Shown piece by piece: positions 1-6,317 of a stretch of DNA of 9,613 nucleotides (position 1 is the stretch's first letter; every line of letters starts with the position of its first letter). Below the pieces are notes generated by a model. It did no database searches. It saw only the letters and a list, made by a program, of their open reading frames with translations, and was not told the DNA's origin. Origin of the DNA: a virus. Taxonomy: Duplodnaviria > Heunggongvirae > Uroviricota > Caudoviricetes. The stretch is from positions 1 through 9,613 of the IMG/VR virus record IMGVR_UViG_2684622670_000011. One strand, written 5' to 3'. Made by a program: the position numbers and the translations under genes.

Positions 1-17
1 GCCACAATAATGGGCTA

Positions 18-2000
18 TCACCCTGTGAATATGAAAATCAATGGAAAGAGGCTACACGGGTGTCCTGATTTTGTGATCCACAACAATCCATGCAGAATGA
101 CCAGAGCCTCGGCATACACCATCAGGTCAAAAGCTTCGTTGGCACCGCGACCCGGCTTACTCCATTTCCCGTCACTGCTCCGCTCTTCATACGTCAGTTC
201 GTCGTAAAACCAGCTCCCCAGCCAGTCAGGGAAATGCACATAGCCGGGACCTGGCGAGTCACGCCATAACGCGTTATTCACCCGGTCTTTCAGGGCATCC
301 GTCTGAAGAAGCCAGAGCGGCACATCACCTGCGGCCTGCGCCCGTCGGCCCGTTCGTCCGGTGTTATCAGGGAATGTACGGGTGATCAGTTTTGCGCGCC
401 GGATGCTGTCGCCCTTAAACAGGTAAATACGTTTACCAAGGCCATCACGACGGCAACGACGCCAGAATTTATAGGCATTATCAGTGACCCCGTCTTCACC
501 GCCGGAGTCCACCGCCATTGCCATCAGTCGCATTTGTTGAGAAGGATCGGAGGCCAGCGGCCAGCTTTTATGAAAAACATCCGTCAGCAGGACATCCCAG
601 TCTTCCGGATAGCTGGCCGGATCAATTCGCTGGCTCCCCCCGTCGCTGTCACCGCGCAATGACTGCGTGATGTTGTAACGATCAATAATCCAGCGTTCGC
701 CACGGCTGCCATAGCCCGTTACCTGAACCACAAAACGGCGATGACGTCCCGCCTGCACATCCACTGTCGCCACAAGGAAATTAACGCCATCCGGCACACT
801 GCGGGAAGGAACTGGCTCTGCCCGCTGCCCAAGCAGTTCACTTTTTCGTTGCTCCATGCTGGCGCGGGGAAGATAAGGTAATCCCCAGTCGGTATTGATA
901 ACCGTCTTGAGTGTTTCTTCACTTCCGGTTGTCTCGTATTCCTGTTCTGCAGTAAGCAGTTTGTAAACGAGTTGCGAGAGTGTCTGGTAAGCAGCTGCCG
1001 GACCCTCCATCCAGAATGACGCAATACGTGAGCGTCGGGGATCACCATAACGACTGCCATCCGCATTGATGGATTCACCATCCCGCAACCAGACCCCACG
1101 TCCGTTCAGCTCACGTTTTTGTTCAGGCATAATCCGTCCTGAACAGGAAGGACACTGAATATAAGCCGCCTCACTTGCCAGCACGGGATCGGCAATATCA
1201 CGGAAACCAGCAACCACATCGCCGCAGGGCTGAAAATACTCACCACAGTGTGGACAGGGCCAGTACCAGCGACGGCGATCGCCACGGTTATAGAGCGACA
1301 GTATCCCCGTGGTTGGTGGAGCCTCATGCGGTGAAGTCCGTCTCCATTTCACATCCTTCACATCCCTGCCGGGGGAACTCTCCACCAGCGTCATACCGCT
1401 GGACATAAATGTGGTGGTACGTTTTGAGGCAAGAGAGAAAGCATCCCCCTCGCCATCAATATCTTCCGGAAAACGGTCATAATCCGTCAGCGCCACGCAT
1501 TTATAATCTGATGAGGACATGATATTGACTGACGGCCAGCCGATTTTCAGGTAGTTGCCAGCAAGGAATGTTCTGTCATAAACGTTGTTGTCATTTTTGT
1601 TCGGACTCAGGCGACTGACCACTTCCGGGCTGACGCGAAACGTTCTGGCGAGTCGTTTTTTGGAGTGTTCGCGGGCTTTTTCCTCCGTCATCTGAATGAT
1701 CAGCATATCCGCAGGATCGCAAATCACGTTGTAAATCACCCAGCCGTCAATCAGGCCGATAGTCTTGCCGGTTCGTGCCGGGCCAACAAATATCACTGCG
1801 TCGTATTCACGCGAGGCCAGGCAGTTCATCGGCTCAATAACATACGGTGCCACCAGCGGATCCCACGGGACTGAGTTCCCTGCCCCCATGGGCACCCGCA
1901 TATACTGAGCAACGGCATCAGCAACCCGCATTCGTCTCGGTGCGCGAAGGATATAACCTGAATCGGTTCGTGCTGCCTTTGCGGTTTCCTGATTCAGCAT
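18..2000 (-). CDS. A: Phage terminase large subunit (lambda gpA family)
   Basis: 660-aa ORF. Walker-A-like GPARTGKT near the N-terminus; WPCPHCGEYF aligns with lambda gpA ACPHCGEEQY; VWLRDG and NEAFDLMVYAEAL segments match gpA. Start ATG overlaps the stop of the upstream small-subunit gene (TAATG), as in lambda Nu1/A. Confidence 0.9.
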   Translation of the reverse strand: MLNQETAKAARTDSGYILRAPRRMRVADAVAQYMRVPMGAGNSVPWDPLVAPYVIEPMNCLASREYDAVIFVGPARTGKTIGLIDGWVIYNVICDPADMLIIQMTEEKAREHSKKRLARTFRVSPEVVSRLSPNKNDNNVYDRTFLAGNYLKIGWPSVNIMSSSDYKCVALTDYDRFPEDIDGEGDAFSLASKRTTTFMSSGMTLVESSPGRDVKDVKWRRTSPHEAPPTTGILSLYNRGDRRRWYWPCPHCGEYFQPCGDVVAGFRDIADPVLASEAAYIQCPSCSGRIMPEQKRELNGRGVWLRDGESINADGSRYGDPRRSRIASFWMEGPAAAYQTLSQLVYKLLTAEQEYETTGSEETLKTVINTDWGLPYLPRASMEQRKSELLGQRAEPVPSRSVPDGVNFLVATVDVQAGRHRRFVVQVTGYGSRGERWIIDRYNITQSLRGDSDGGSQRIDPASYPEDWDVLLTDVFHKSWPLASDPSQQMRLMAMAVDSGGEDGVTDNAYKFWRRCRRDGLGKRIYLFKGDSIRRAKLITRTFPDNTGRTGRRAQAAGDVPLWLLQTDALKDRVNNALWRDSPGPGYVHFPDWLGSWFYDELTYEERSSDGKWSKPGRGANEAFDLMVYAEALVILHGLLWITKSGHPCSLFPLIFIFTG

Positions 2001-2494
2001 TACTCCTCCTGCTGTAGTTCCTCCTCATCATCCGCACCTGCTTCAGTCACCCGCAGGGCTATCTGATCGCGCAGATCATCAATAATGGACTGAACACGGC
2101 TCACAGCGGCAGGCTGCAGACCGCAGTCACGTTCCAGAATATCCGGTAATGTCTCCAGCACCTGCACGACCGCTTTTGCCCAGATGGCAAACTCCCGTCT
2201 GACATCACTGGCCGGAATGAGTTGTGCCGTTTCCTGTTCGAACTTAAGACGCTCACGTTCAGACTGATACCAGGCTTTGCGCTCATGCGCGTCCATTTCG
2301 CCTTCTGCAACAGGCGGTGGTAATGCCAGAAATGCCGACACAATATCAACCACCCGATAAAGCTTGAGGTTGCTTTCATGCCCCCCTGCAACGGGTAGAT
2401 TTTGCAGCCTTGCCGCAGCAGTCTGGCGATGTACACCTGACAGTGCCGCCAGTTGACTGATATTCAGCGTCAGATTTTTTAACTCTCGATCCAT
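2000..2494 (-). CDS. Terminase small subunit (Nu1-like DNA-packaging protein)
   Basis: 164 aa. N-terminal HTH-like segment (NISQLAALSGVHRQTAAARL) followed by a Gly-rich turn and LY motif, the same architecture as lambda Nu1; acidic C-terminal tail. Sits between cos and the large terminase gene. SD GGAG about 5 nt upstream of the ATG at 2492-2494. Confidence 0.7.
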   Translation of the reverse strand: MDRELKNLTLNISQLAALSGVHRQTAAARLQNLPVAGGHESNLKLYRVVDIVSAFLALPPPVAEGEMDAHERKAWYQSERERLKFEQETAQLIPASDVRREFAIWAKAVVQVLETLPDILERDCGLQPAAVSRVQSIIDDLRDQIALRVTEAGADDEEELQQEE

Positions 2495-2597
2495 ACCCGC
2501 TCCGGAATGTTTTAAACATGCATCTTGCGAACAACTTTAGGCAAACGGTGTTAGTGATGAACAAAAAATAATCAAAATCGACACCATAAAAATAAAA

Positions 2598-2628
2598 CCA
2601 CTGTAATATCAATCCATTACAGTAGTGG
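2598..2628. repeat. Imperfect inverted repeat inside cosB (candidate terminase small-subunit or IHF-associated site)
   Basis: CCACTGTAAT (2598-2607), 8-nt spacer ATCAATCC, then ATTACAGTAGTGG (2616-2628); arms are complementary except for a 2-nt insertion. Confidence 0.5.
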
Positions 2629-2663
2629 TGATGACGAATGAAATTTCAAAAACTAGCCTTTTT

Positions 2664-2685
2664 CCGCGACGCTCCCGCCCCGTGG
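2664..2685 (-). other. cosN nicking site with a variant 12-nt cohesive end
   Basis: Minus strand reads CACG-GGGCGGGAGCGT-CGCGG; lambda reads ACG-GGGCGGCGACCT-CGCGG. Flanks are identical and 8 of 12 positions of the cohesive-end 12-mer match my recollection of lambda. Confidence 0.55.
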
Positions 2686-3026
2686 CAGGCCACCCCACCG
2701 GGAGGACCCGTCAGCCTGACAGCCATGACGAACGTCTGATACAGCGCCCTGCATGAATGGCATCGGGATAATCCAGAAAGGAATAGCATCGTGCCCACAA
2801 GAATCTGTGTGAGTGTCCTGTTTCTTCCCCCCCGCACACTCACGCAGAAGGGGTTCCCCGTCGAGTTACGGTCATAGTTAATGCAGGAGACAGCGACGAT
2901 ATAGCGCACAGAAATAAATCAAGCATCCATTGAATGCATTGCATCGACAGGAGTAATGGCGTAGGCTGAACCCTTGGCTCTCTTTCGCCGCCGGCAAATC
3001 TTCAGCGGATTATCCTTGGCCGGTTT

Positions 3027-3491
3027 TTATCTGAGGCATTGCTCACGAATGTATAGCTGTGCCCCTTCCAGTTGCTTCTGCATCGTCATCAATCGGTCTC
3101 TGAGAGTGAAATAATCCCGTTCAGCGGTGTCTGCCAGTCGGGGGCTGGTTGCATCATCCACGCCGGAGGAGGCGGTGGCTTCACGCACGGCTGGACAGAC
3201 TGCTCTGATGCGCAACCGACGACGACCAGCGGCAATATCATCACGCAGAGCATCATTTTCAGCTTTCGCATCAGCTAATTCCTTTGAATATTTTGCATCG
3301 AGTGCAGCAACGTCACGCTGGCGCACCTGCATATCAGTAATGATCGCCTCTGCCAGTTTCAGCTCTCTGGCATTGTCATCGCGTTGTGTTTTGTAGGTAA
3401 TGGCGTTATCGCGGTAATGATCTGTTGCCAGCCACAGAGCACTACAGACCATCAGCAGGACAATAATCACGCCATACAGAATCCGGTTCAT
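3027..3491 (-). CDS. Rz: Rz i-spanin (inner-membrane spanin subunit)
   Basis: From the ATG at 3489-3491 the translation [55 protein letters not shown]... is near-collinear with lambda Rz (…[32 protein letters not shown]…). N-terminal TM helix. The TTG at 3542 in the ORF track is an upstream alternative I do not favour. Confidence 0.9.
   Translation of the reverse strand: [154 protein letters not shown]
3089..3271 (-). CDS. Rz1: Rz1 o-spanin (outer-membrane lipoprotein), embedded in Rz in the +1 frame
   Basis: 60 aa, MRKLKMMLCVMILPLVVVGCAS...CVKPPPPPAWMMQPAPDWQTPLNGIIS, nearly identical to lambda Rz1 (MLKLKMMLCVMMLPLVVVGC…CVKPPPPPAWIMQPPPDWQTPLNGIIS). Lipobox VVGC, proline-rich stretch, fully nested inside Rz. 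Confidence 0.9.
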   Translation of the reverse strand: MRKLKMMLCVMILPLVVVGCASEQSVQPCVKPPPPPAWMMQPAPDWQTPLNGIISLSETD

Positions 3492-3492
3492 T

Positions 3493-3630
3493 TCACCACC
3501 AGCGTATCTGACCGATGAAATAACCGGAGCCCATAACCACAAACACCAGCCAGATAAGGATGAACTTCCAGGTGGATAATTTTTCAGCCATCACTCGAAT
3601 CTCCAGAATCAGTTTGCTAAAATCAAACAC
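3493..3630 (-). CDS. Small single-pass membrane peptide (45 aa from GTG; alternative 32-aa form from the ATG at 3589-3591), unknown function
   Basis: Minus strand AAAGGAGAAAAC-GTG gives a strong SD 6 nt before the GTG at 3628-3630. Product MFDFSKLILEIRVMAEKLSTWKFILIWLVFVVMGSGYFIGQIRWW has one hydrophobic helix. Stop TGA lies 1 nt before the Rz ATG. Not present at this position in lambda, where R and Rz abut. Confidence 0.4.
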   Translation of the reverse strand: MFDFSKLILEIRVMAEKLSTWKFILIWLVFVVMGSGYFIGQIRWW

Positions 3631-3656
3631 GTTTTCTCCTTTAGCTTTCCCATGGG

Positions 3657-3707
3657 CAGAAAACAAAACCCCGCTTGCTGCCAACAAACGGGGTTTTTGC
3701 TTTTATT
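3657..3707. terminator. Bidirectional rho-independent terminator between endolysin and the small peptide gene
   Basis: Stem AAAACCCCG (3665-3673) pairs with CGGGGTTTT (3689-3697) around a 15-nt loop. Followed by TTTTTGCTTTTATT on the plus strand and by TTTTGTTTTCTG on the minus strand. Confidence 0.55.
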
Positions 3708-3786
3708 CACTTCCTTTTGCCAGTTTGCAGAATATCGTGTTATCCGCTTGTGTGAGCAAACGGCATTTTTCAGCAAAATATTCTGC

Positions 3787-4320
3787 TTATCTGTCGATCC
3801 CCCAGCACACCAGCGCACTCTCCTGGTCACGACGAATAACCTGACCGTAACAGTTATTTGAACGAATGCGGCAATCACGGCCACCGTCCTTAATCCACCA
3901 GCGAATCGCCTCGCATGCGCCTTTACGATCACCGGCATTCAGCCGCTTATAAAACGTCGACGGGAAACACTTACCGGGGCCAATGTTATAGGGACAAAAT
4001 GACGCAATACCTGCTTTTTGTGGTTCGGTCAGTGGTACTTTTATATTGCGATCCACCCATGCCAGCGCCTTATCACGTTCAATAGCGTTAACCTGGTCGC
4101 ATTTTTCCTTCGACAGCTTCATTCCCGGTATGACGGGCTTACCATCCACCATTGTGGCACCACGACAGATGGTCCATATGCCAGAACCATCACGGTATGC
4201 CGTTGTGTGGTTACCTTCTTTTTCATCCAGAAACTGGTCAAGTATTTGAGGAGCAGACGCGCCTGCAGCAATCAGCGCCAGAACGGCAGCTGACAGGCCG
4301 TATTTGATTTTTACGTTCAT
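3787..4320 (-). CDS. R: Phage endolysin, GH24 (T4-type) lysozyme with N-terminal signal/SAR segment
   Basis: 177 aa. E-x8-D-x5-T catalytic pattern (EGNHTTAYRDGSGIWT) typical of T4-like lysozymes. N-terminal Ala/Gly-rich hydrophobic segment GLSAAVLALIAAGASA, either a SAR domain or a cleavable signal peptide. Downstream of the pinholin. No obvious SD upstream of the ATG (AU-rich leader ATAAATATCC). Confidence 0.85.
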   Translation of the reverse strand: MNVKIKYGLSAAVLALIAAGASAPQILDQFLDEKEGNHTTAYRDGSGIWTICRGATMVDGKPVIPGMKLSKEKCDQVNAIERDKALAWVDRNIKVPLTEPQKAGIASFCPYNIGPGKCFPSTFYKRLNAGDRKGACEAIRWWIKDGGRDCRIRSNNCYGQVIRRDQESALVCWGIDR

Positions 4321-4433
4321 GGATATTTATCAGGATTTATCGGCTTCAAATCCCCGGATATGTTAAATCTTACCTCACCAGTGATGGGCACTGGCGGGAT
4401 GAGGATGTCAATCTGATAAACACAGAGGCGACT
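4321..4433 (+). promoter_or_regulatory. Intergenic region divergent between endolysin and the 86-aa plus-strand gene; probable promoter for the latter, with short direct repeats
   Basis: Contains GGATATTTATC (4321-4331) and GGATTTATC (4333-4341), with GGATAT again at 4356-4361. SD AGAGG at 4424-4428, 5 nt before the ATG at 4434. I could not assign -35/-10 hexamers confidently. Confidence 0.3.
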
Positions 4434-4694
4434 ATGGATTACACAAATCTACCAAAACAAACTTTTGCTGATTTAATCGCACTCAGGCAAGCAGTCGTAG
4501 CTCTAATCAACTTGTTGCCGGAGAAGGAAAAGGAATTAGTTAAAGCGCTTCTTAACAGAACTGCCGCCGATTTTTCATCATATCCACTGACAGATGACCT
4601 TGCGGACCTTCCTGAATTAATTGCAGCGTCCGCCAATAAGCTTACTGAAGAGATTTACCCTCCTCAAAAATCTTCACAAAATTCCTGCGAGTAA
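4434..4694 (+). CDS. Hypothetical acidic 86-aa protein, antisense to the phage late operon, with its own SD and terminator
   Basis: ATG with SD AGAGG; protein-like helical composition (MDYTNLPKQTFADLIALRQAVVALINLLPEKEKELVKALL…). A textbook intrinsic terminator sits 22 nt downstream of the stop (4717-4748). The last 53 nt overlap the 3' end of the convergent 183-aa gene. Confidence 0.5.
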   Translation: MDYTNLPKQTFADLIALRQAVVALINLLPEKEKELVKALLNRTAADFSSYPLTDDLADLPELIAASANKLTEEIYPPQKSSQNSCE

Positions 4695-5193
4695 CTTCAA
4701 TGCAATAATCGTAAAACGCCGCAAACTGCTCATCGCGGCGTTTTTTTTCATCTTCAGAAGGAATCAGCACCGACAATTTTTTATTCAGATCAGCGACGCT
4801 GCCCTCCAGTTTTTCAATGGGCGATTCAATATCATCTTTTTCTGACCGCAATGCCGTCGGTGGCGTCTTCAGAGAACCAGTAATTCTTCCCGGTAGCTTT
4901 CCTTTGTAGGTTATCCACACATTCTGCGCCTCTAAAATTATGGGGCGCTTTTCCGGCGACTGCTCATCCCCTTCACATAACCCGGCAGCAACATCCAGGA
5001 AGTCCTGTCTGATGCTCCTTCTGGCTGCTGCCTCATAAAACTCCAGCGCGGCACCTTCAACACGGTCCAGCGAGATGTCCAGGTCAAAAATTTCACCGTC
5101 AAAGTGTTTTTTGTCCCGTAAGGCTACAGTTACCGCCACTTTATTCTCAAAATTGCGAACTCCTTTCACAACCAGTTCATAGTCTTGAGTCAT
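4642..5193 (-). CDS. Hypothetical 183-aa soluble acidic protein inserted between holin and endolysin; N-terminus possibly DUF1327/YdfR-like (unverified)
   Basis: ATG at 5191-5193 lies 4 nt after the holin stop, with a purine-rich GAGAAGAGAG SD inside the holin 3' end, suggesting translational coupling to S. The ORF-track start at 5214 is a TTG overlapping the holin and is not favoured. No TM segments; charged, coiled-coil-like C-terminal half. Confidence 0.6.
   Translation of the reverse strand: MTQDYELVVKGVRNFENKVAVTVALRDKKHFDGEIFDLDISLDRVEGAALEFYEAAARRSIRQDFLDVAAGLCEGDEQSPEKRPIILEAQNVWITYKGKLPGRITGSLKTPPTALRSEKDDIESPIEKLEGSVADLNKKLSVLIPSEDEKKRRDEQFAAFYDYCIEVTRRNFVKIFEEGKSLQ
4717..4748 (+). 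terminator. Rho-independent terminator of the 86-aa plus-strand gene, embedded inside the minus-strand 183-aa CDS
   Basis: CGCCGC (4717-4722), 11-nt loop, GCGGCG (4735-4740), then T8 (4741-4748). On the minus strand the same bases encode KKRRDEQFAAFY of the 183-aa protein. Confidence 0.65.
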
Positions 5194-5197
5194 TGGA

Positions 5198-5413
5198 TTA
5201 CTCTCTTCTCGCAACCTTACGCCTGTCTTCTTTAATCTTGAAATAAAGGTTTGTCAGATACGTCAGCATGCCAAATACCAGACTACCCAATACACCTATT
5301 GCCGCCCACTGTGAGGGCGTGACTTTATCGAGCAACTGTAAAAACCAGTAGCCAGCACTGCCTGCAGAGGTGCTGTAGGCGATGCCCGTTGTTAACTTAT
5401 CCATGGATTTCAT
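5198..5413 (-). CDS. S: Class II holin, phage 21 S21-type pinholin with dual-start (antiholin/holin) motif
   Basis: 71 aa, [71 protein letters not shown], matching my recollection of S21 almost residue for residue. MKSM dual start, two TMDs, strong SD GGAGGTGA upstream of the ATG at 5411-5413. Confidence 0.9.
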   Translation of the reverse strand: MKSMDKLTTGIAYSTSAGSAGYWFLQLLDKVTPSQWAAIGVLGSLVFGMLTYLTNLYFKIKEDRRKVARRE

Positions 5414-5502
5414 AGCCTCACCTCCGCAGATAACGGATGGTGTACACGGTTTGGTTCGAAGAAGGAAAGAAGTTACATTAGCGTAAGGCCCGAACATCTA
5501 TT

Positions 5503-5534
5503 CAAAAAGAAAAACGCCAGCAATTATTCTGGCG
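5503..5534 (-). terminator. Rho-independent terminator downstream of the AraC-family gene
   Basis: Minus strand: CGCCAG, loop AATAATTG, CTGGCG, then TTTTTCTTTTTG; about 70 nt after the regulator stop codon. Confidence 0.5.
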
Positions 5535-5603
5535 TAGCTAAAAATATCGTATAATCTTACACTTCAAAAAATAACTTTATAAAATGCCATCACATCATAT
5601 CTT

Positions 5604-6317
5604 CTAAGAAAATCTTGATAAATATTGGTGCGGAGGCACACCAAAATATCCTCTAAAAACACTTACAAAATATGATGCATTGTCATACCCGCATATTCCC
5701 GCCACCTTGCCGACAGTATGGTTACTGTAGATCAATAATCTTTGCGCCATCATCATTCGTTCTTCAAGAATTAATTTACTAAACGATAACCCTTCATCTT
5801 CTAATTTTCTTTTTAACAAACTCTCGCTCATATATAATCTTGAAGATATATCACAAAGTCTCCATGACGCTGAGATATCCGAGTGAATAATAGCCTTAAC
5901 TTTACAACCTAAGCTATTAAGACTTCCGAACAAAAAACTTTGCACTATTTTCTCTGAAGATAAGACAGCAAGACATGCAAGTGATATTTGATTTCTAACT
6001 ACATCCACGGTTTTGCTATCACAATTCAAGCATGCAACCAAGTTCTTTAACAATGAAAAATCTTCACATTCTACTATAAAGTATGACGGATAAAACCTTC
6101 TTACAGAAAAAGGTGAGAGTGTGTAGTTTTTAAAGAAATCATTAACTGTTTTCTCCTCAACATCTACGATCATTAGATGATCTGTATTTGACGAAAAAAG
6201 ATCTTTTAAATTGTATTCAATGAGAACAGCATTTCCTTTTTTAAACAAAATATCTTCTTTACCAATTCGGACACCAAACGAGTTCAACACCAAAATGATA
6301 GAACATATGTATGGCAT
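5604..6317 (-). CDS. AraC/XylS-family transcriptional regulator, AppY/EnvY-like
   Basis: 237 aa from the ATG at 6315-6317, with SD AGGTGG 5 nt upstream (the GTG at 6326 is less likely). C-terminal AraC HTH region WRLCDISSRLYMSESLLKRKLEDEGLSFSKLILEERMMMAQRLL...GICGYDNASYFVSVFRGYFGVPPHQY aligns closely with my recollection of E. coli AppY. N-terminus MPYICSIILVLNSF resembles AppY MDYVCSVVFICQSF. Gene and flanks are visibly AT-rich. Confidence 0.8.
   Translation of the reverse strand: MPYICSIILVLNSFGVRIGKEDILFKKGNAVLIEYNLKDLFSSNTDHLMIVDVEEKTVNDFFKNYTLSPFSVRRFYPSYFIVECEDFSLLKNLVACLNCDSKTVDVVRNQISLACLAVLSSEKIVQSFLFGSLNSLGCKVKAIIHSDISASWRLCDISSRLYMSESLLKRKLEDEGLSFSKLILEERMMMAQRLLIYSNHTVGKVAGICGYDNASYFVSVFRGYFGVPPHQYLSRFS

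Larger units (their letters stand above)
2495..2700 (-). other. cos region (cosB plus cosN) upstream of the terminase genes
   Basis: Noncoding stretch of about 200 bp between cosN-like sequence and the small terminase start, the same spacing as in lambda (Nu1 starts about 190 bp from the left cohesive end). Downstream of cosN the minus strand reads GCTAGTTTTTGAAATTT, resembling lambda GCTATTTATGAAAATTTT. Confidence 0.6.

Noticed and set aside
10-207. 65-aa plus-strand ORF at the window start
   Set aside because: Lies antisense within the 3' end of the large terminase gene; no SD; composition not protein-like.
719-1874. Several 69 to 126-aa ORFs on both strands (719-1099, 1106-1327, 1175-1408, 1665-1874)
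   Set aside because: All are nested in alternative frames or antisense inside the well-supported terminase large-subunit gene; they are shadow ORFs.
2101-2909. ORFs 2101-2436, 2376-2612 and 2646-2909 on the minus strand
   Set aside because: The first is out of frame within the Nu1-like gene; the others span cosB/cosN, which must be noncoding, and have Cys/Arg-rich unnatural composition.
3072-3396. Plus-strand ORFs 3072-3278 and 3127-3396
   Set aside because: Antisense to Rz/Rz1, whose identity is strongly supported; Ala/Ser/Arg-rich composition typical of antisense frames.
3490-3542. Upstream TTG start extending Rz by 17 codons
   Set aside because: The ATG at 3489-3491 aligns with the lambda Rz N-terminus and is preceded by GGTGGTGA; the TTG extension would overlap the small peptide gene and adds non-homologous residues.
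3560-3938. ORFs 3560-3844 (+), 3652-3861 (+) and 3609-3938 (-)
   Set aside because: They run across the bidirectional terminator and into the endolysin 3' end; no SD; better explained as noncoding insert plus shadow frames.
4018-4293. Plus-strand ORFs 4018-4293 and 4046-4249
   Set aside because: Antisense within the endolysin gene.
4439-4845. ORFs 4439-4636 (-) and 4621-4845 (+)
   Set aside because: Shadow frames of the 86-aa and 183-aa genes respectively; Ser/Ala/Arg-rich or Phe/Ile-rich low-complexity translations; no SD.
5446-5460. GGTTCGAAG motif resembling a tRNA T-loop
   Set aside because: No acceptor stem, anticodon arm or CCA-compatible structure around it; TTCGAA is simply a palindrome. 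No tRNA called.
5198-5497. Long form of the holin ORF starting at 5497 (99 aa)
   Set aside because: The extra 28 N-terminal residues have no counterpart in S21-type holins; the MKSM dual start at 5413 with a strong GGAGGTGA SD is the biologically sensible start.
5550-5555. Perfect TATAAT hexamer on the plus strand
   Set aside because: No convincing -35 partner, and nothing but the antisense of the AraC gene lies downstream; treated as chance in AT-rich DNA, though an antisense promoter cannot be excluded.
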